Below, piece after piece: positions 9,636-20,485 of a stretch of DNA of 32,000 bases; the first letter of the stretch is position 1; each line of letters begins with the position of its first letter. A program made the translations under genes and the position numbers. The DNA comes from Longivirga aurantiaca (GTDB lineage: Bacteria; Actinomycetota; Actinomycetes; S36-B12; CAIYMF01), in NCBI RefSeq assembly GCF_042660085.1, contig NZ_JBHSTI010000008.1, positions 870,001 through 902,000 on the forward strand, read 5' to 3'. The notes beneath the pieces were generated by a model. It did not search any database. It saw nothing but the letters and a program-made list of their open reading frames with translations, and was not told the origin of the DNA.

Positions 9636-9739
9636 CCCGCCCAGCCGAGCCGAGCGCACCACCCGTTCCGAGCGCAGGGTGAGGAGCGGACGGCGCGGAA
9701 GCGGGTGCGGGGTGGGCGGTGCGGTGGTGAGGTGGGGCC

Positions 9740-9958
9740 ATGGACATCGCCAAGCTCACCGACACCCAGACCCTGCGGCGCGAGGAGGCGGCCCGCCGTC
9801 TGCACGAGATCGCCGACGAGCTCGCCTCGGGCAACGGCTTCGTGATCGAGCGCGACGGCATCCGCTTCGACGTCGCCGTGCCCGACGAGGTGCGCATGAA
9901 GGTCGAGGTCGAGATCGAGTCCGACGAGCGCGAGATCGAGATCGAGCTCACCTGGTAG
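9740..9958 (+). CDS. Amphi-Trp domain-containing small protein
   Basis: 72 aa: MDIAKLTDTQTLRREEAARRLHEIADELASGNGFVIERDGIRFDVAVPDEVRMKVEVEIESDEREIEIELTW, resembling the amphi-Trp domain. Confidence 0.7.
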   Translation: MDIAKLTDTQTLRREEAARRLHEIADELASGNGFVIERDGIRFDVAVPDEVRMKVEVEIESDEREIEIELTW

Positions 9959-10016
9959 ACCGGTGGGCCGCCCGGCCCGACGCGCTGCGCCGGCCGAGCG
10001 ACGTCCCACGCGTGCG

Positions 10017-10063
10017 GAAACAGCGGCGTAACAGGACATGTCCAAACGTCACGGGCTGGAAAC
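10017..10063 (+). promoter_or_regulatory. Putative GlnR-type nitrogen regulatory box upstream of amtB-glnK-glnD
   Basis: GTCAC-N6-GAAAC at 10048-10063 matches the actinobacterial GlnR pattern gTnAC-n6-GaAAC. A further GAAAC-N6-GTAAC lies at 10017-10032. Confidence 0.6.
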
Positions 10064-10109
10064 AGCACAGGCGGAGCCGGGCAACACGGGCCCGATGAGA
10101 TCCCTCTAG

Positions 10110-11867
<1,758 letters not shown>

Positions 11868-11913
11868 GCGAAGGTAGAGAAACCGAAGGACACCAACGGG
11901 AGAGGAGCATCCG

Positions 11914-14313
11914 GTGCGGGTCACGGCAGACGAGGCGACCACCACGTACGCCGAGGCCCGCGCCGAGCTCCTCTCCCGACCGGGAGCGCCCGGCGCTGCG
12001 AAGCGCCGGGCGCTCACGGCTCTCACCGACGACTGGCTGCACGCGCTCTACGTCGCGGCCGGCGCCGGCGAGATCGGCGCCGCCCTGGTCGCGGTCGGCG
12101 GCTACGGCCGCGGCGACCTCGCGCCGGGCAGCGACCTCGACCTCCTGCTCCTGCACTCGCCCTCGGTGTCGGCGTCCGACGTCACCGCCGTGGCGGACCG
12201 GCTCTGGTACCCCGTCTGGGACGCCGGCCTGCGGCTCGACCACTCCGTCCGGGTGCCGGCCGAGGCGCGGCGCCTCGCCGCCCAGGACATCAAGGTGGTC
12301 CTCGGGCTTCTCGACGCCCGCACGGTCGTCGGCTACGACAACCTCACCAAGCAGCTGCGCGAGTCGGTGCTCGGCGACTGGCGCGCCCTGGCTCCGCGCC
12401 GTCTCGGCGAGCTGCACTACGGCGTGACCGAGCGCATCGAGCGCAGCGGCGAGCTCGCGCACCTGCTCGAGCCCGACCTCAAGGAGTCGTACGGCGGTCT
12501 CCGCGACCTCGTCGCACTGCGCGCGGTGGCGGCCTCCTGGGTGACCGACGCGCCCGTCGCGGCACTCGCGCCGCACCGCGACCTCCTGCTCGACGTGCGC
12601 GACGCCCTGCACCTCGTGACCGGCCGGTCGTCCGACCGGCTGCTGCAGCAGGAGCAGGTGGCAGCCGCCGAGCGGCTCGGCCTCGAGGGGGACGATCCGT
12701 CCGACCATCTCCTGCGCTCGGTCTCGGCCGCCGGTCGTGCGGTGGCGTACGCCGCCGACACCACCTGGCACCGCGTCGAGCGGCTCACCCGCCGCGGGGG
12801 GGTGCGCGCGAGCCTCGCCGGCACCGCCCGCCGCCTGCGCGGCCCGCGCGTCGAGCGCGCACCGCTGGCCGAGGGCGTCGTCGTCCAGGACGGCGAGGCG
12901 GTGCTCGCCGCCGACGCCAGGCCCGAGAAGGACCCGGTGCTCGTGCTGCGCGCCGCGGCCGCCGCGGCCCAGGCAGGGATGCGCCTCGCGCCGCACGCGG
13001 TCGAGCGCCTGGCGCGCGACTCCGCGCCCATGCCGGAGCCGTGGCCGGCGCCGGCCCGCGACGCCCTCGTCTCGCTCCTCGGCGCGGGCCGGCCCGCGAT
13101 CCCCGTGTGGGAGGCCCTGGACCAGGCCGACATCTGGAGCCGGCTCATGCCCGAGTGGGCGGTGGTGCGCAGCGCGCCGCAGCGCAACCCGGTGCACCGC
13201 TTCACGGTCGACCGCCACCTGGTCGAGACCGCGGTGCAGTCCGGCCCCCACACCCGCCGCGTGAACCGGCCCGACCTGCTGCTCGTGGGCGCCCTGCTGC
13301 ACGACATCGGCAAGGGCCGCCCCGGCGACCACACCGAGGTGGGCATCGACCTCGTGCGGGTGATCGCGCCGCGGCTGGGATTCTCGCCGGAGGACAGCGC
13401 CACCCTCGTGACGATGGTGCGGCACCACCTCCTGCTGCCGGAGACGGCCACCCGTCGCGACCTCGACGACCCCTCGACCGTCGCCGGTGTCGCGACCGCG
13501 GTCGGCGACGTCGACGTCCTCGACCTGCTGCACGCCCTGACCGAGGCGGACGCCGCGGCCACGGGCCCGGCCGCCTGGAGCGACTGGAAGAAGGCGCTCA
13601 TCGATGACCTCGTGGGTCGCACCCGTGCCGCCCTCGCCGGCAGGCCGCGGGCGGAGGAGATCCACGTGACCGCCGCCCAGGTGCGCCTGGCCGAGGCCGT
13701 GCGCGTGACGACCGAGGGCGGCGTCGCAGTGCTCCTCGACCACGACGAGGCGGCCACCACGGCCACCGTCACGGTCGCGGCGCCGGACCGCACCGGCCTG
13801 CTCTCGACCGTCGCGGGCGTGCTGTCGCTGCACCGGCTCCAGGTGCGCGGGGCCCAGGTCGACACCGTCACCGCGCCGGACGGCGGCCGTCGGGCCGTGC
13901 AGGTCTGGACCGTCACTCCGGCGTACGGCGACCCGCCGCCCATCGACCGCCTGCGCGAGGACCTCACGCGTGCGATCAACGGCTCGCTGGACGTCGCGGC
14001 CCGTCTCGACGCGCGCGAGCAGGCGTACCCGGCCCCGCAGGGGACCGCGCCTCCACGGGTCGACCTCGTGCCCGGTGCGAGCGAGCGTGCCACCGTGCTC
14101 GAGGTGCGCGCCCACGACGCCCCGGCGCTGCTGCACCGCGTCACCCGCGCCATCGCGGCCGCCGACGTCGCCATCAGCGCCGCCCGCGTGGCCACCCTGG
14201 GCTCGGAGGTGGTCGACGTGTTCTACCTCGTCGACCGCGACGGCAGCCCCCTCAGCGTGCAGCGGGCCGCGACCGTGCGCGTGACGGTGCTCGGCGAGCT
14301 CTCCCGCACCTAG
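11914..14313 (+). CDS. glnD: [Protein-PII] nucleotidyltransferase GlnD
   Basis: VAVGGYGRGDLAPGSDLDLLLLH NTase motif; HD domain (LLVGALLHDIGKGRPGDHTEVG); C-terminal ACT domains. Confidence 0.95.
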   Translation: MRVTADEATTTYAEARAELLSRPGAPGAAKRRALTALTDDWLHALYVAAGAGEIGAALVAVGGYGRGDLAPGSDLDLLLLHSPSVSASDVTAVADRLWYPVWDAGLRLDHSVRVPAEARRLAAQDIKVVLGLLDARTVVGYDNLTKQLRESVLGDWRALAPRRLGELHYGVTERIERSGELAHLLEPDLKESYGGLRDLVALRAVAASWVTDAPVAALAPHRDLLLDVRDALHLVTGRSSDRLLQQEQVAAAERLGLEGDDPSDHLLRSVSAAGRAVAYAADTTWHRVERLTRRGGVRASLAGTARRLRGPRVERAPLAEGVVVQDGEAVLAADARPEKDPVLVLRAAAAAAQAGMRLAPHAVERLARDSAPMPEPWPAPARDALVSLLGAGRPAIPVWEALDQADIWSRLMPEWAVVRSAPQRNPVHRFTVDRHLVETAVQSGPHTRRVNRPDLLLVGALLHDIGKGRPGDHTEVGIDLVRVIAPRLGFSPEDSATLVTMVRHHLLLPETATRRDLDDPSTVAGVATAVGDVDVLDLLHALTEADAAATGPAAWSDWKKALIDDLVGRTRAALAGRPRAEEIHVTAAQVRLAEAVRVTTEGGVAVLLDHDEAATTATVTVAAPDRTGLLSTVAGVLSLHRLQVRGAQVDTVTAPDGGRRAVQVWTVTPAYGDPPPIDRLREDLTRAINGSLDVAARLDAREQAYPAPQGTAPPRVDLVPGASERATVLEVRAHDAPALLHRVTRAIAAADVAISAARVATLGSEVVDVFYLVDRDGSPLSVQRAATVRVTVLGELSRT

Positions 14314-14332
14314 GCCCGGCGGCTGCCGGGCC
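14313..14332 (+). terminator. Terminator-like hairpin at the glnD stop
   Basis: GGCCCGGC-ggct-GCCGGGCC: perfect 8-bp stem, no U-tract. Confidence 0.5.
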
Positions 14333-14394
14333 CCGCGGCGTGCCCCGGTTAGGCTGGGGCCGCTCCGCACGACCTCGACCGACGGGACTCCCGC

Positions 14395-15981
14395 GTGTTC
14401 ACCTCGCTCTCCGACCGGCTCTCCGCCACGTTCAAGAACCTGCGCGGCAAGGGCAGGCTGTCCGAGGCCGACGTCGACGCCACGGTGCGCGAGATCCGCA
14501 CGGCCCTGCTCGAGGCCGACGTCGCGCTGCCGGTCGTCCGGCAGTTCACGGCCACGGTCAAGGAGCGGGCCCTCGGCGTCGAGGTCAGCAAGGCCCTCAA
14601 CCCGGCCCAGCAGATCGTCAAGATCGTCCACGAGGAGCTCGTCGGCATCCTCGGCGGCGAGACCCGGCGCCTGCGCCTGGCCAAGACCCCGCCGACGGTC
14701 ATCCTGCTCGCGGGCCTGCAGGGAGCGGGCAAGACCACCCTCGCCGGCAAGCTCGCGCTCCACCTCAGGGAGGCCGGCCACACCCCGCTGCTCGTCGCCG
14801 CCGACCTCCAGCGCCCGAACGCCGTCGACCAGCTGAGCGTCGTCGCCGAGCGCGCCGGCGTCGCCGTCCACGCCCCGGAGCCGGGCAACGGCGTGGGCGA
14901 CCCCGTCGCGGTCGCGACGTCCGGCATCGAGCTCGCGAAGGCGAAGCTGTACGACGTCGTCATCGTCGACACCGCCGGCCGGCTCGCGATCGACGCCGAC
15001 CTCATGGACCAGCTCAAGCGGGTCCGCGACGCCGTGCAGCCGGACGAGACGCTGCTCGTCATCGACGCGATGATCGGCCAGGACGCCGTCCAGACGGCGG
15101 CTGCGTTCGACGAGGCCATCGGCATCGACGGCGTCGTGCTCTCCAAGCTCGACGGCGACGCCCGTGGTGGTGCGGCGCTGTCCGTGGTCACGGTCACCGG
15201 CAAGCCGATCCTGTTCGCGTCCGTGGGCGAGAAGCTCACCGAGCTCGAGACCTTCCACCCCGACCGGATGGCCTCGCGCATCCTCGACATGGGTGACGTC
15301 CTCACCCTCATCGAGCAGGCCGAGAAGGCGTTCGACGCCGAGCAGGCCGAGCGCATGGCCGCCAAGGTGGCCAAGGGCGACGACTTCACGCTCGAGGACT
15401 TCCTCGAGCAGATGACGAGCCTGAAGAAGATGGGCTCGCTCACCAAGATGCTGGGGATGCTGCCGGGCATGGGCGACATGAAGGCCCAGATCGAGTCGAT
15501 CGACGACCGCGAGCTCGACCGCGTCGCCTCGATCATCACGTCCATGACGCCGGCCGAGCGCGCCGACCACACGATCCTCAACGGCTCGCGCCGCGCCCGC
15601 ATCGCCCGCGGCGCCGGCGTCGAGGTGTCGGCGGTCAACCAGCTCGTCGACCGGTTCGTCGAGGCGCAGAAGATGATGCGCCAGATGCGCGCCGGTGGCG
15701 GCATGCCGGGGATGCCGGGGATGCCCGGCATGGGCGGCGGCAAGCGCGCCAAGGCCAAGCAGAAGGCCCAGGTCAAGCAGGGCAAGGGCGCCAAGCGCAG
15801 CGGCAACCCGGCCAAGCGTGCGGCGGAGGAGTCCGCCCCGGCGGCCGGTGCCGGGCTGCCCGGCCTTCCTGGATCCGGCCCGGCCGGCCTGCCCGGCGGC
15901 CTCGGCGGCTTCGACCAGGCCGAGCTGGAGAAGTCCCTAGGCGAGCTGCCCCCGGAGTTCAAGGGCCTCCTCGGCAAGTAG
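14395..15981 (+). CDS. ffh: Signal recognition particle protein Ffh
   Basis: VILLAGLQGAGKTTLAGKLALHLRE...VIVDTAGRLAIDADLMDQL...KLDGDARGGAALSV; Met-rich M domain ending in GGGMPGMPGMPGMGGGKRAKAK. Confidence 0.97.
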   Translation: MFTSLSDRLSATFKNLRGKGRLSEADVDATVREIRTALLEADVALPVVRQFTATVKERALGVEVSKALNPAQQIVKIVHEELVGILGGETRRLRLAKTPPTVILLAGLQGAGKTTLAGKLALHLREAGHTPLLVAADLQRPNAVDQLSVVAERAGVAVHAPEPGNGVGDPVAVATSGIELAKAKLYDVVIVDTAGRLAIDADLMDQLKRVRDAVQPDETLLVIDAMIGQDAVQTAAAFDEAIGIDGVVLSKLDGDARGGAALSVVTVTGKPILFASVGEKLTELETFHPDRMASRILDMGDVLTLIEQAEKAFDAEQAERMAAKVAKGDDFTLEDFLEQMTSLKKMGSLTKMLGMLPGMGDMKAQIESIDDRELDRVASIITSMTPAERADHTILNGSRRARIARGAGVEVSAVNQLVDRFVEAQKMMRQMRAGGGMPGMPGMPGMGGGKRAKAKQKAQVKQGKGAKRSGNPAKRAAEESAPAAGAGLPGLPGSGPAGLPGGLGGFDQAELEKSLGELPPEFKGLLGK

Positions 15982-16000
15982 CGGCCCGGCCCGGGGCGAT

Positions 16001-16030
16001 TTCCTGCTCGGCGGGGCTCTCTGGCAGACT
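16001..16030 (+). promoter_or_regulatory. Putative rpsP operon promoter (TTCCTG-N18-CAGACT)
   Basis: GATTT (15998-16002) and CTGGCAGACTG (16021-16031); identical words and spacing occur upstream of rplS. Confidence 0.6.
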
Positions 16031-16167
16031 GCGGGGGTTGATCCCGGCGCAGTCGGCGGCCCTCTAACCGGCCGGTCGCGCTCGGGACCGTCGGGACCCA
16101 CCGGAAAGCACCCCACGCCGTACCGGCTCGGGACCCACCCCGTACACGTCAAGGAGACAACGGCCCC

Positions 16168-16734
16168 GTGGCTGTCAAGATCAAGCTCAAGCGCATGGGC
16201 AAGATGCGCAACGCCCAGTACCGCATCGTCGTCGCCGACGCCCGCACCAAGCGTGATGGTCGTGCGATCGAGGAGATCGGCATCTACCAGCCGAAGGAGG
16301 AGCCGAGCCTCATCCGCGTCGACTCCGACCGCGCGCAGTACTGGCTCGGCGTCGGCGCTCAGCCGACCGAGGCCGTCGCGGCCATCCTCAAGGTGACCGG
16401 CGACTGGCAGAAGTTCAAGGGCCTCCCGGGCGCCGAGGGCACGCTGCGCGTGGCCGAGCCCAAGGCCGACAAGAAGTCGGTCTTCGAGGCTGCTGCGCTC
16501 GAGGCCGCCAACGAGCCGGCCAAGCCCGCGACCACCCCGAAGAAGAAGGCCGAGCCGGTCGCCGAGGCTGCTCCGGTCGTCGAGGCCGAGGCTGCCCCGG
16601 TCGTCGAGGCTGCTGCCGAGGAGGCCCCCGCTGCGGAGGCCGTCGAGGCGCCGGTGACCGAGGCTGCTGCCGAGGAGGCGCCGGCCGTCGAGGCCGAGGC
16701 CGCCGAGGCCGCCGCCGAGACCACCGAGGCCTGA
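16168..16734 (+). CDS. rpsP: 30S ribosomal protein S16 with long Ala/Glu-rich C-terminal extension
   Basis: [70 protein letters not shown], followed by a tail of roughly 90-100 aa. Confidence 0.96.
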   Translation: MAVKIKLKRMGKMRNAQYRIVVADARTKRDGRAIEEIGIYQPKEEPSLIRVDSDRAQYWLGVGAQPTEAVAAILKVTGDWQKFKGLPGAEGTLRVAEPKADKKSVFEAAALEAANEPAKPATTPKKKAEPVAEAAPVVEAEAAPVVEAAAEEAPAAEAVEAPVTEAAAEEAPAVEAEAAEAAAETTEA

Positions 16735-16735
16735 C

Positions 16736-16981
16736 ATGCTCGAGGAGGCTCTCGAGCACCTCGTCAAGGGCATCGTCGACAACCCCGACGACGTCGAGGT
16801 CCGCGACCGCGCCAACCGGCGCGGCCCCGGCCGCACCCTCGAGGTGCGCGTGCACCCCGACGACATGGGTCGCGTCATCGGCAAGGCCGGTCGCACCGCC
16901 ACGGCGCTGCGCACCGTCCTCTCGGCCCTCGCGCCGGGGAAGGGTGTCCGGGTCGACTTCCTCGACCTCGGCGAGCGCTGA
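16736..16981 (+). CDS. khpA: KH-domain RNA-binding protein
   Basis: 81-aa ORF: MLEEALEHLVKGIVDNPDDVEV...HPDDMGRVIGKAGRTATALRTVLSA, immediately after rpsP. Confidence 0.93.
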   Translation: MLEEALEHLVKGIVDNPDDVEVRDRANRRGPGRTLEVRVHPDDMGRVIGKAGRTATALRTVLSALAPGKGVRVDFLDLGER

Positions 16982-16995
16982 GCGCGAGGAGACTC

Positions 16996-17589
16996 GTGCA
17001 GCTCGTCGTCGGTCGCATCGGGAAGCCCCACGGGATCCGTGGTGAGCTGACCGTCGAGGTGCGCACCGACGCCCCCGAGATCCGCTTCGCGCCGGGGTCG
17101 GTCCTCGTGACCGACCCCGCGCGCGTCGGACCCATCACGGTCGAAGCCGTCCGCTGGCACAGCGGACGGCTTCTGCTGCGTGTGGTGGGCGTGCACGACC
17201 GCACCGCGGCCGAGGGCCTGCGCGGCGTCGTCCTCACCGCCGACGTCCCCGACGACGAGGTGCCGGAGGACCCCGAGGAGTTCTTCGACCACCAGCTCCG
17301 CGGCCTGTCCGTGCGCACCGCCGACGGCACCGTGATCGGCGTCGTCGACGACGTCGTCCACCTGCCCTCGCAGGACCTGCTGTCGGTGCAGCGCGAGGCT
17401 GGCCGCGAGGTGCTCGTGCCGTTCGTGGCCGAGATCGTGACCGCTATCGACGTCGACGCGGGCACCGTCACGGTCGAGCTGCCCGAGGGCCTGCTCGACC
17501 TCGACCTCACCGACACCGAGCACCGCGAGCTCGACCAGGCCGAGGCCGCCGCAGCCGCGGCCCAGGGGCGCGACGGCAGCGAGGGCTGA
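16996..17589 (+). CDS. rimM: Ribosome maturation factor RimM
   Basis: MQLVVGRIGKPHGIRGELTVEVRTDAPEIRFAPGSVL...GVVDDVVHLPSQDLLSVQ...LVPFVAEIV. Confidence 0.95.
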   Translation: MQLVVGRIGKPHGIRGELTVEVRTDAPEIRFAPGSVLVTDPARVGPITVEAVRWHSGRLLLRVVGVHDRTAAEGLRGVVLTADVPDDEVPEDPEEFFDHQLRGLSVRTADGTVIGVVDDVVHLPSQDLLSVQREAGREVLVPFVAEIVTAIDVDAGTVTVELPEGLLDLDLTDTEHRELDQAEAAAAAAQGRDGSEG

Positions 17590-17592
17590 GGC

Positions 17593-18300
17593 GTGCGCAT
17601 CGACGTCGTCTCGATCTTCCCCGACTACCTCGCCCCGCTGGGGCTCTCGCTGGTCGGCAAGGCCGTGGCCGCCGGCACCCTCGACCTCCGGGTGCACGAC
17701 CTGCGCGAGTGCACGCACGACCGGCACCGCACCGTCGACGACACGCCGTACGGCGGCGGCCCGGGCATGGTCATGAAGCCCGAGCCGTGGGGCGAGGCGC
17801 TCGATGCGATCCTCGACTCCGCCGCCGGTCGTCCGCGGCTCGTCGTCCCGACCCCGAGCGGGCGCCGGTTCACCCAGGAGGTGGCGACCGAGCTCGCCGT
17901 CGCCGAGCACCTGGTCTTCGCGTGCGGCCGCTACGAGGGGATCGACTCCCGGGTGATGGCCCACTACGCCGACCGGTTCGAGGTCGACGAGATCTCGATC
18001 GGCGACTACGTGCTCGCCGGCGGAGAGGCCGCGGTGCTCGTCATGGTCGAGGCGCTGGCCCGGCTCCTGCCCGGCGTGCTCGGCAACCCCGAGAGCGTGG
18101 TCGACGACTCCTTCGCACCGGGTGCCATGGCGGCGCTCCTCGAGGGCCCGGTCTACACCAAGCCGCCCGAGTGGCGCGGTCTCGCGGTGCCCGAGGTGCT
18201 CCTCTCGGGCGACCACGGCCGGATCGCGGCCTGGCGCCGCGAGCAGGCCCTCGCCCGCACCGAGCGCTTCCGGCCCGACCTGCTGGGGGACGGGGCCTGA
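17593..18300 (+). CDS. trmD: tRNA (guanine-N1)-methyltransferase
   Basis: [28 protein letters not shown]...[14 protein letters not shown]...[37 protein letters not shown]. Confidence 0.97.
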   Translation: MRIDVVSIFPDYLAPLGLSLVGKAVAAGTLDLRVHDLRECTHDRHRTVDDTPYGGGPGMVMKPEPWGEALDAILDSAAGRPRLVVPTPSGRRFTQEVATELAVAEHLVFACGRYEGIDSRVMAHYADRFEVDEISIGDYVLAGGEAAVLVMVEALARLLPGVLGNPESVVDDSFAPGAMAALLEGPVYTKPPEWRGLAVPEVLLSGDHGRIAAWRREQALARTERFRPDLLGDGA

Positions 18301-18308
18301 CCCGGGAT

Positions 18309-18338
18309 TTGGGTTCGCCCGGGCGCCTCTGGCAGACT
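18309..18338 (+). promoter_or_regulatory. Putative rplS promoter (TTGGGT-N18-CAGACT)
   Basis: GATTT 18306-18310, then N18, then CTGGCAGACTG 18329-18339, same words and spacing as upstream of rpsP. Confidence 0.6.
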
Positions 18339-18362
18339 GTGACGGCTCGATCCGTTCGTCCT

Positions 18363-18463
18363 GCCACAGGGGGACGTCGGAACCACCGGCTCGCCGGCGA
18401 GCACATCCGACCAGCCGCGCACGCGGCACTGTTCCGCGGGTGACCTGTGGCGCCGGCGAGGAG
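18363..18463 (+). promoter_or_regulatory. Candidate structured 5' leader of rplS with possible SD-sequestering alternative pairing
   Basis: GCCACAGG 18363-18370 / CCTGTGGC 18444-18451; GTCGG 18376-18380 / CCGAC 18407-18411; palindrome GCTCGCCGGCGAGC 18389-18402; GCCGC-gcac-GCGGC 18414-18427; 18390-18399 is also perfectly complementary to 18451-18460. Confidence 0.4.
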
Positions 18464-18468
18464 AAGAC

Positions 18469-18828
18469 ATGAACACGCTCGACTTCGTCGATGCAGCGTC
18501 GCTCAAGAGCGACATCCCGAACTTCCGCCCCGGTGACACCGTCAAGGTCCACGTGAAGGTCGTCGAGGGCAACCGCTCCCGCATCCAGGTCTTCCAGGGC
18601 GTCGTCATCCGTCGCCAGGGCGGCGGCGTGCGCGAGACCTTCACGGTCCGCAAGGTCAGCTTCGGCGTCGGCGTGGAGCGCACCTTCCCGGTGCACACCC
18701 CGGTCGTCGAGAAGATCGAGCTCGTGACCCGTGGTGACGTCCGCCGCGCCAAGCTGTACTACCTCCGCGACCTGCGCGGCAAGAAGGCGAAGATCAAGGA
18801 GAAGCGCGACAACGCGCCGAAGGCCTGA
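18469..18828 (+). CDS. rplS: 50S ribosomal protein L19
   Basis: [84 protein letters not shown] at 18458-18463. Confidence 0.98.
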   Translation: MNTLDFVDAASLKSDIPNFRPGDTVKVHVKVVEGNRSRIQVFQGVVIRRQGGGVRETFTVRKVSFGVGVERTFPVHTPVVEKIELVTRGDVRRAKLYYLRDLRGKKAKIKEKRDNAPKA

Positions 18829-18849
18829 TCTTCCGCCTCACCGAACGAC

Positions 18850-18890
18850 ACGAGCGCCCGACCCGCAGGGGTCGGGCGCTCGTCTCTTCC
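18850..18890 (+). terminator. Strong terminator-like hairpin after rplS
   Basis: ACGAGCGCCCGACCC-gcag-GGGTCGGGCGCTCGT (perfect 15-bp stem) followed by ctcttcc. Confidence 0.85.
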
Positions 18891-18920
18891 CCGGCGTCGG
18901 ACGGTTACCCTCGTACCACC

Positions 18921-19700
18921 ATGGCTGATCAGACGGACCTCGGTCCGGCGCGCCCCGAGCCCGCGGACCCAGGTCCGCGGTCGCGGCCGTCGGGGGGCCG
19001 CCACGCGCGCGTCGAGGCCGTGCCCGAGCACCACCACGGGTCGTTCTGGAAAGAGCTGCCGATCCTGCTGCTCGTCGCGTTCGGCCTCGCGTTCCTCGTC
19101 AAGACCTTCGTCGTGCAGGCCTTCTACATCCCGAGCGGCTCGATGGAGCAGACCCTGCAGGTCGGCGACCGCGTGCTGGTGAACAAGGTGGTCTACAAGA
19201 CACGCGACATCGAGCGCGGCGACGTCGTCGTGTTCAACGGCGTCGACTCGTTCACGCCCGAGGTGGAGATCGCCGAGCCGACCGACCTCGTGCCCAAGGT
19301 CGTGACCTGGTTCGGCCGCACGTTCGGGTTCGCGCCTCCGGACGAGCGCGACTTCGTCAAGCGCGTCATCGGTGTCGGCGGCGACCACGTCGTCTGCTGC
19401 GATGCGAAGGGCCGCGTCACCGTGAACGACGTGCCGCTCGACGAGTCGTCGTACCTCTACCCGGACAACAAGCCGAGCAACAACCCGTTCGACGTGATCG
19501 TCCCCGCAGGCAAGCTCTGGGTCATGGGCGACCACCGGGACGCCTCGAGCGACTCGCGCGCGCACCTCGGCGACCCGGGCGGCGGGTTCGTCCCGGCGGA
19601 CCGCGTCATCGGCCGCGCGTTCGCCGTCCTGTGGCCCACGGACCATGCGCAGTGGCTGGAGATCCCTGACACGTTCGCGACGATCGACCAGAAGGGCTGA
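18921..19700 (+). CDS. lepB: Signal peptidase I (copy 1)
   Basis: N-terminal TM segment, then YIPSGSMEQTLQVGDRVLVNK, RGDVVVFNG, DFVKRVIGVGGDHV, MGDHRDASSDSR. Confidence 0.95.
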   Translation: MADQTDLGPARPEPADPGPRSRPSGGRHARVEAVPEHHHGSFWKELPILLLVAFGLAFLVKTFVVQAFYIPSGSMEQTLQVGDRVLVNKVVYKTRDIERGDVVVFNGVDSFTPEVEIAEPTDLVPKVVTWFGRTFGFAPPDERDFVKRVIGVGGDHVVCCDAKGRVTVNDVPLDESSYLYPDNKPSNNPFDVIVPAGKLWVMGDHRDASSDSRAHLGDPGGGFVPADRVIGRAFAVLWPTDHAQWLEIPDTFATIDQKG

Positions 19701-19702
19701 CC

Positions 19703-20482
19703 GTGTCGGGTACTCCGCAGGAGCGCGAGGAGAAGCGTCGCGCCAAGGAGAGCAAGGGCGGGTCGCTCGGCCGCGAGCTCATCATCATCGTGGGCGTCGC
19801 CCTCGTGCTGTCGGTGCTGGTGCGCACCTTCGTCGCGCAGGCGTTCTTCGTCCCCAGCTCGTCGATGGAGGACACCCTCCTCGTCCAGGACCGCATCCTC
19901 GCCTCCAAGCTCACCACCGAGCTCGGAGGAGTCCACCGCGGCGAGATCGTGGTGTTCACGGACCCGGGCGGCTGGCTGCCCGAGACCGCGCCGCCCACCG
20001 GCGTGTCCGGCGCCGTCCGCAAGGCGCTGATGTTCGTCGGGCTGCTGCCGTCCGACACCGGCGAGGACCTGGTCAAGCGCGTGATCGCGGTCGGCGGCGA
20101 TCGGATCGCCTGCTGCACGGCGAAGGACCAGATCACCGTCAACGGAGTGGCCCTCGACGAGGAGGCGTACCTCAAGCCGGGCAGCAAGACCGACCAGGTG
20201 CGGTTCGACGTGCTCGTCCCCGAGGGGCGGGTCTTCGTGATGGGCGACAACCGGGGCGACTCCTCCGACTCCCGCTACCACCTCGACTCCGACGACGGCA
20301 CCGTGTCGGTCGACTCCGTGGTCGGCCGGGTGGTCGCCGTCGTGTGGCCGGCGTCGCGCTGGTCGGGCGAGCCCGTGCCCGTGATCTTCGAGAACCCCGA
20401 GATCGACGCCCAGGCCGGCAAGGTGGGTGCGCCCAAGGCCGTCGACTCCGCCGACGAGGCGACGAACCCCGACGGCGGCTGA
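19703..20482 (+). CDS. lepB: Signal peptidase I (copy 2)
   Basis: FFVPSSSMEDTLLVQDRILASKL, GEIVVFTD, DLVKRVIAVGGDRI, VMGDNRGDSSDSRYH; directly adjacent to copy 1. Confidence 0.95.
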   Translation: MSGTPQEREEKRRAKESKGGSLGRELIIIVGVALVLSVLVRTFVAQAFFVPSSSMEDTLLVQDRILASKLTTELGGVHRGEIVVFTDPGGWLPETAPPTGVSGAVRKALMFVGLLPSDTGEDLVKRVIAVGGDRIACCTAKDQITVNGVALDEEAYLKPGSKTDQVRFDVLVPEGRVFVMGDNRGDSSDSRYHLDSDDGTVSVDSVVGRVVAVVWPASRWSGEPVPVIFENPEIDAQAGKVGAPKAVDSADEATNPDGG

Positions 20483-20485
20483 GCG

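Noticed and set aside
15937-18696. 919-aa minus-strand ORF opposite rpsP-khpA-rimM-trmD-rplS
   Set aside because: Spans several real genes and their promoters; artefact of high GC.
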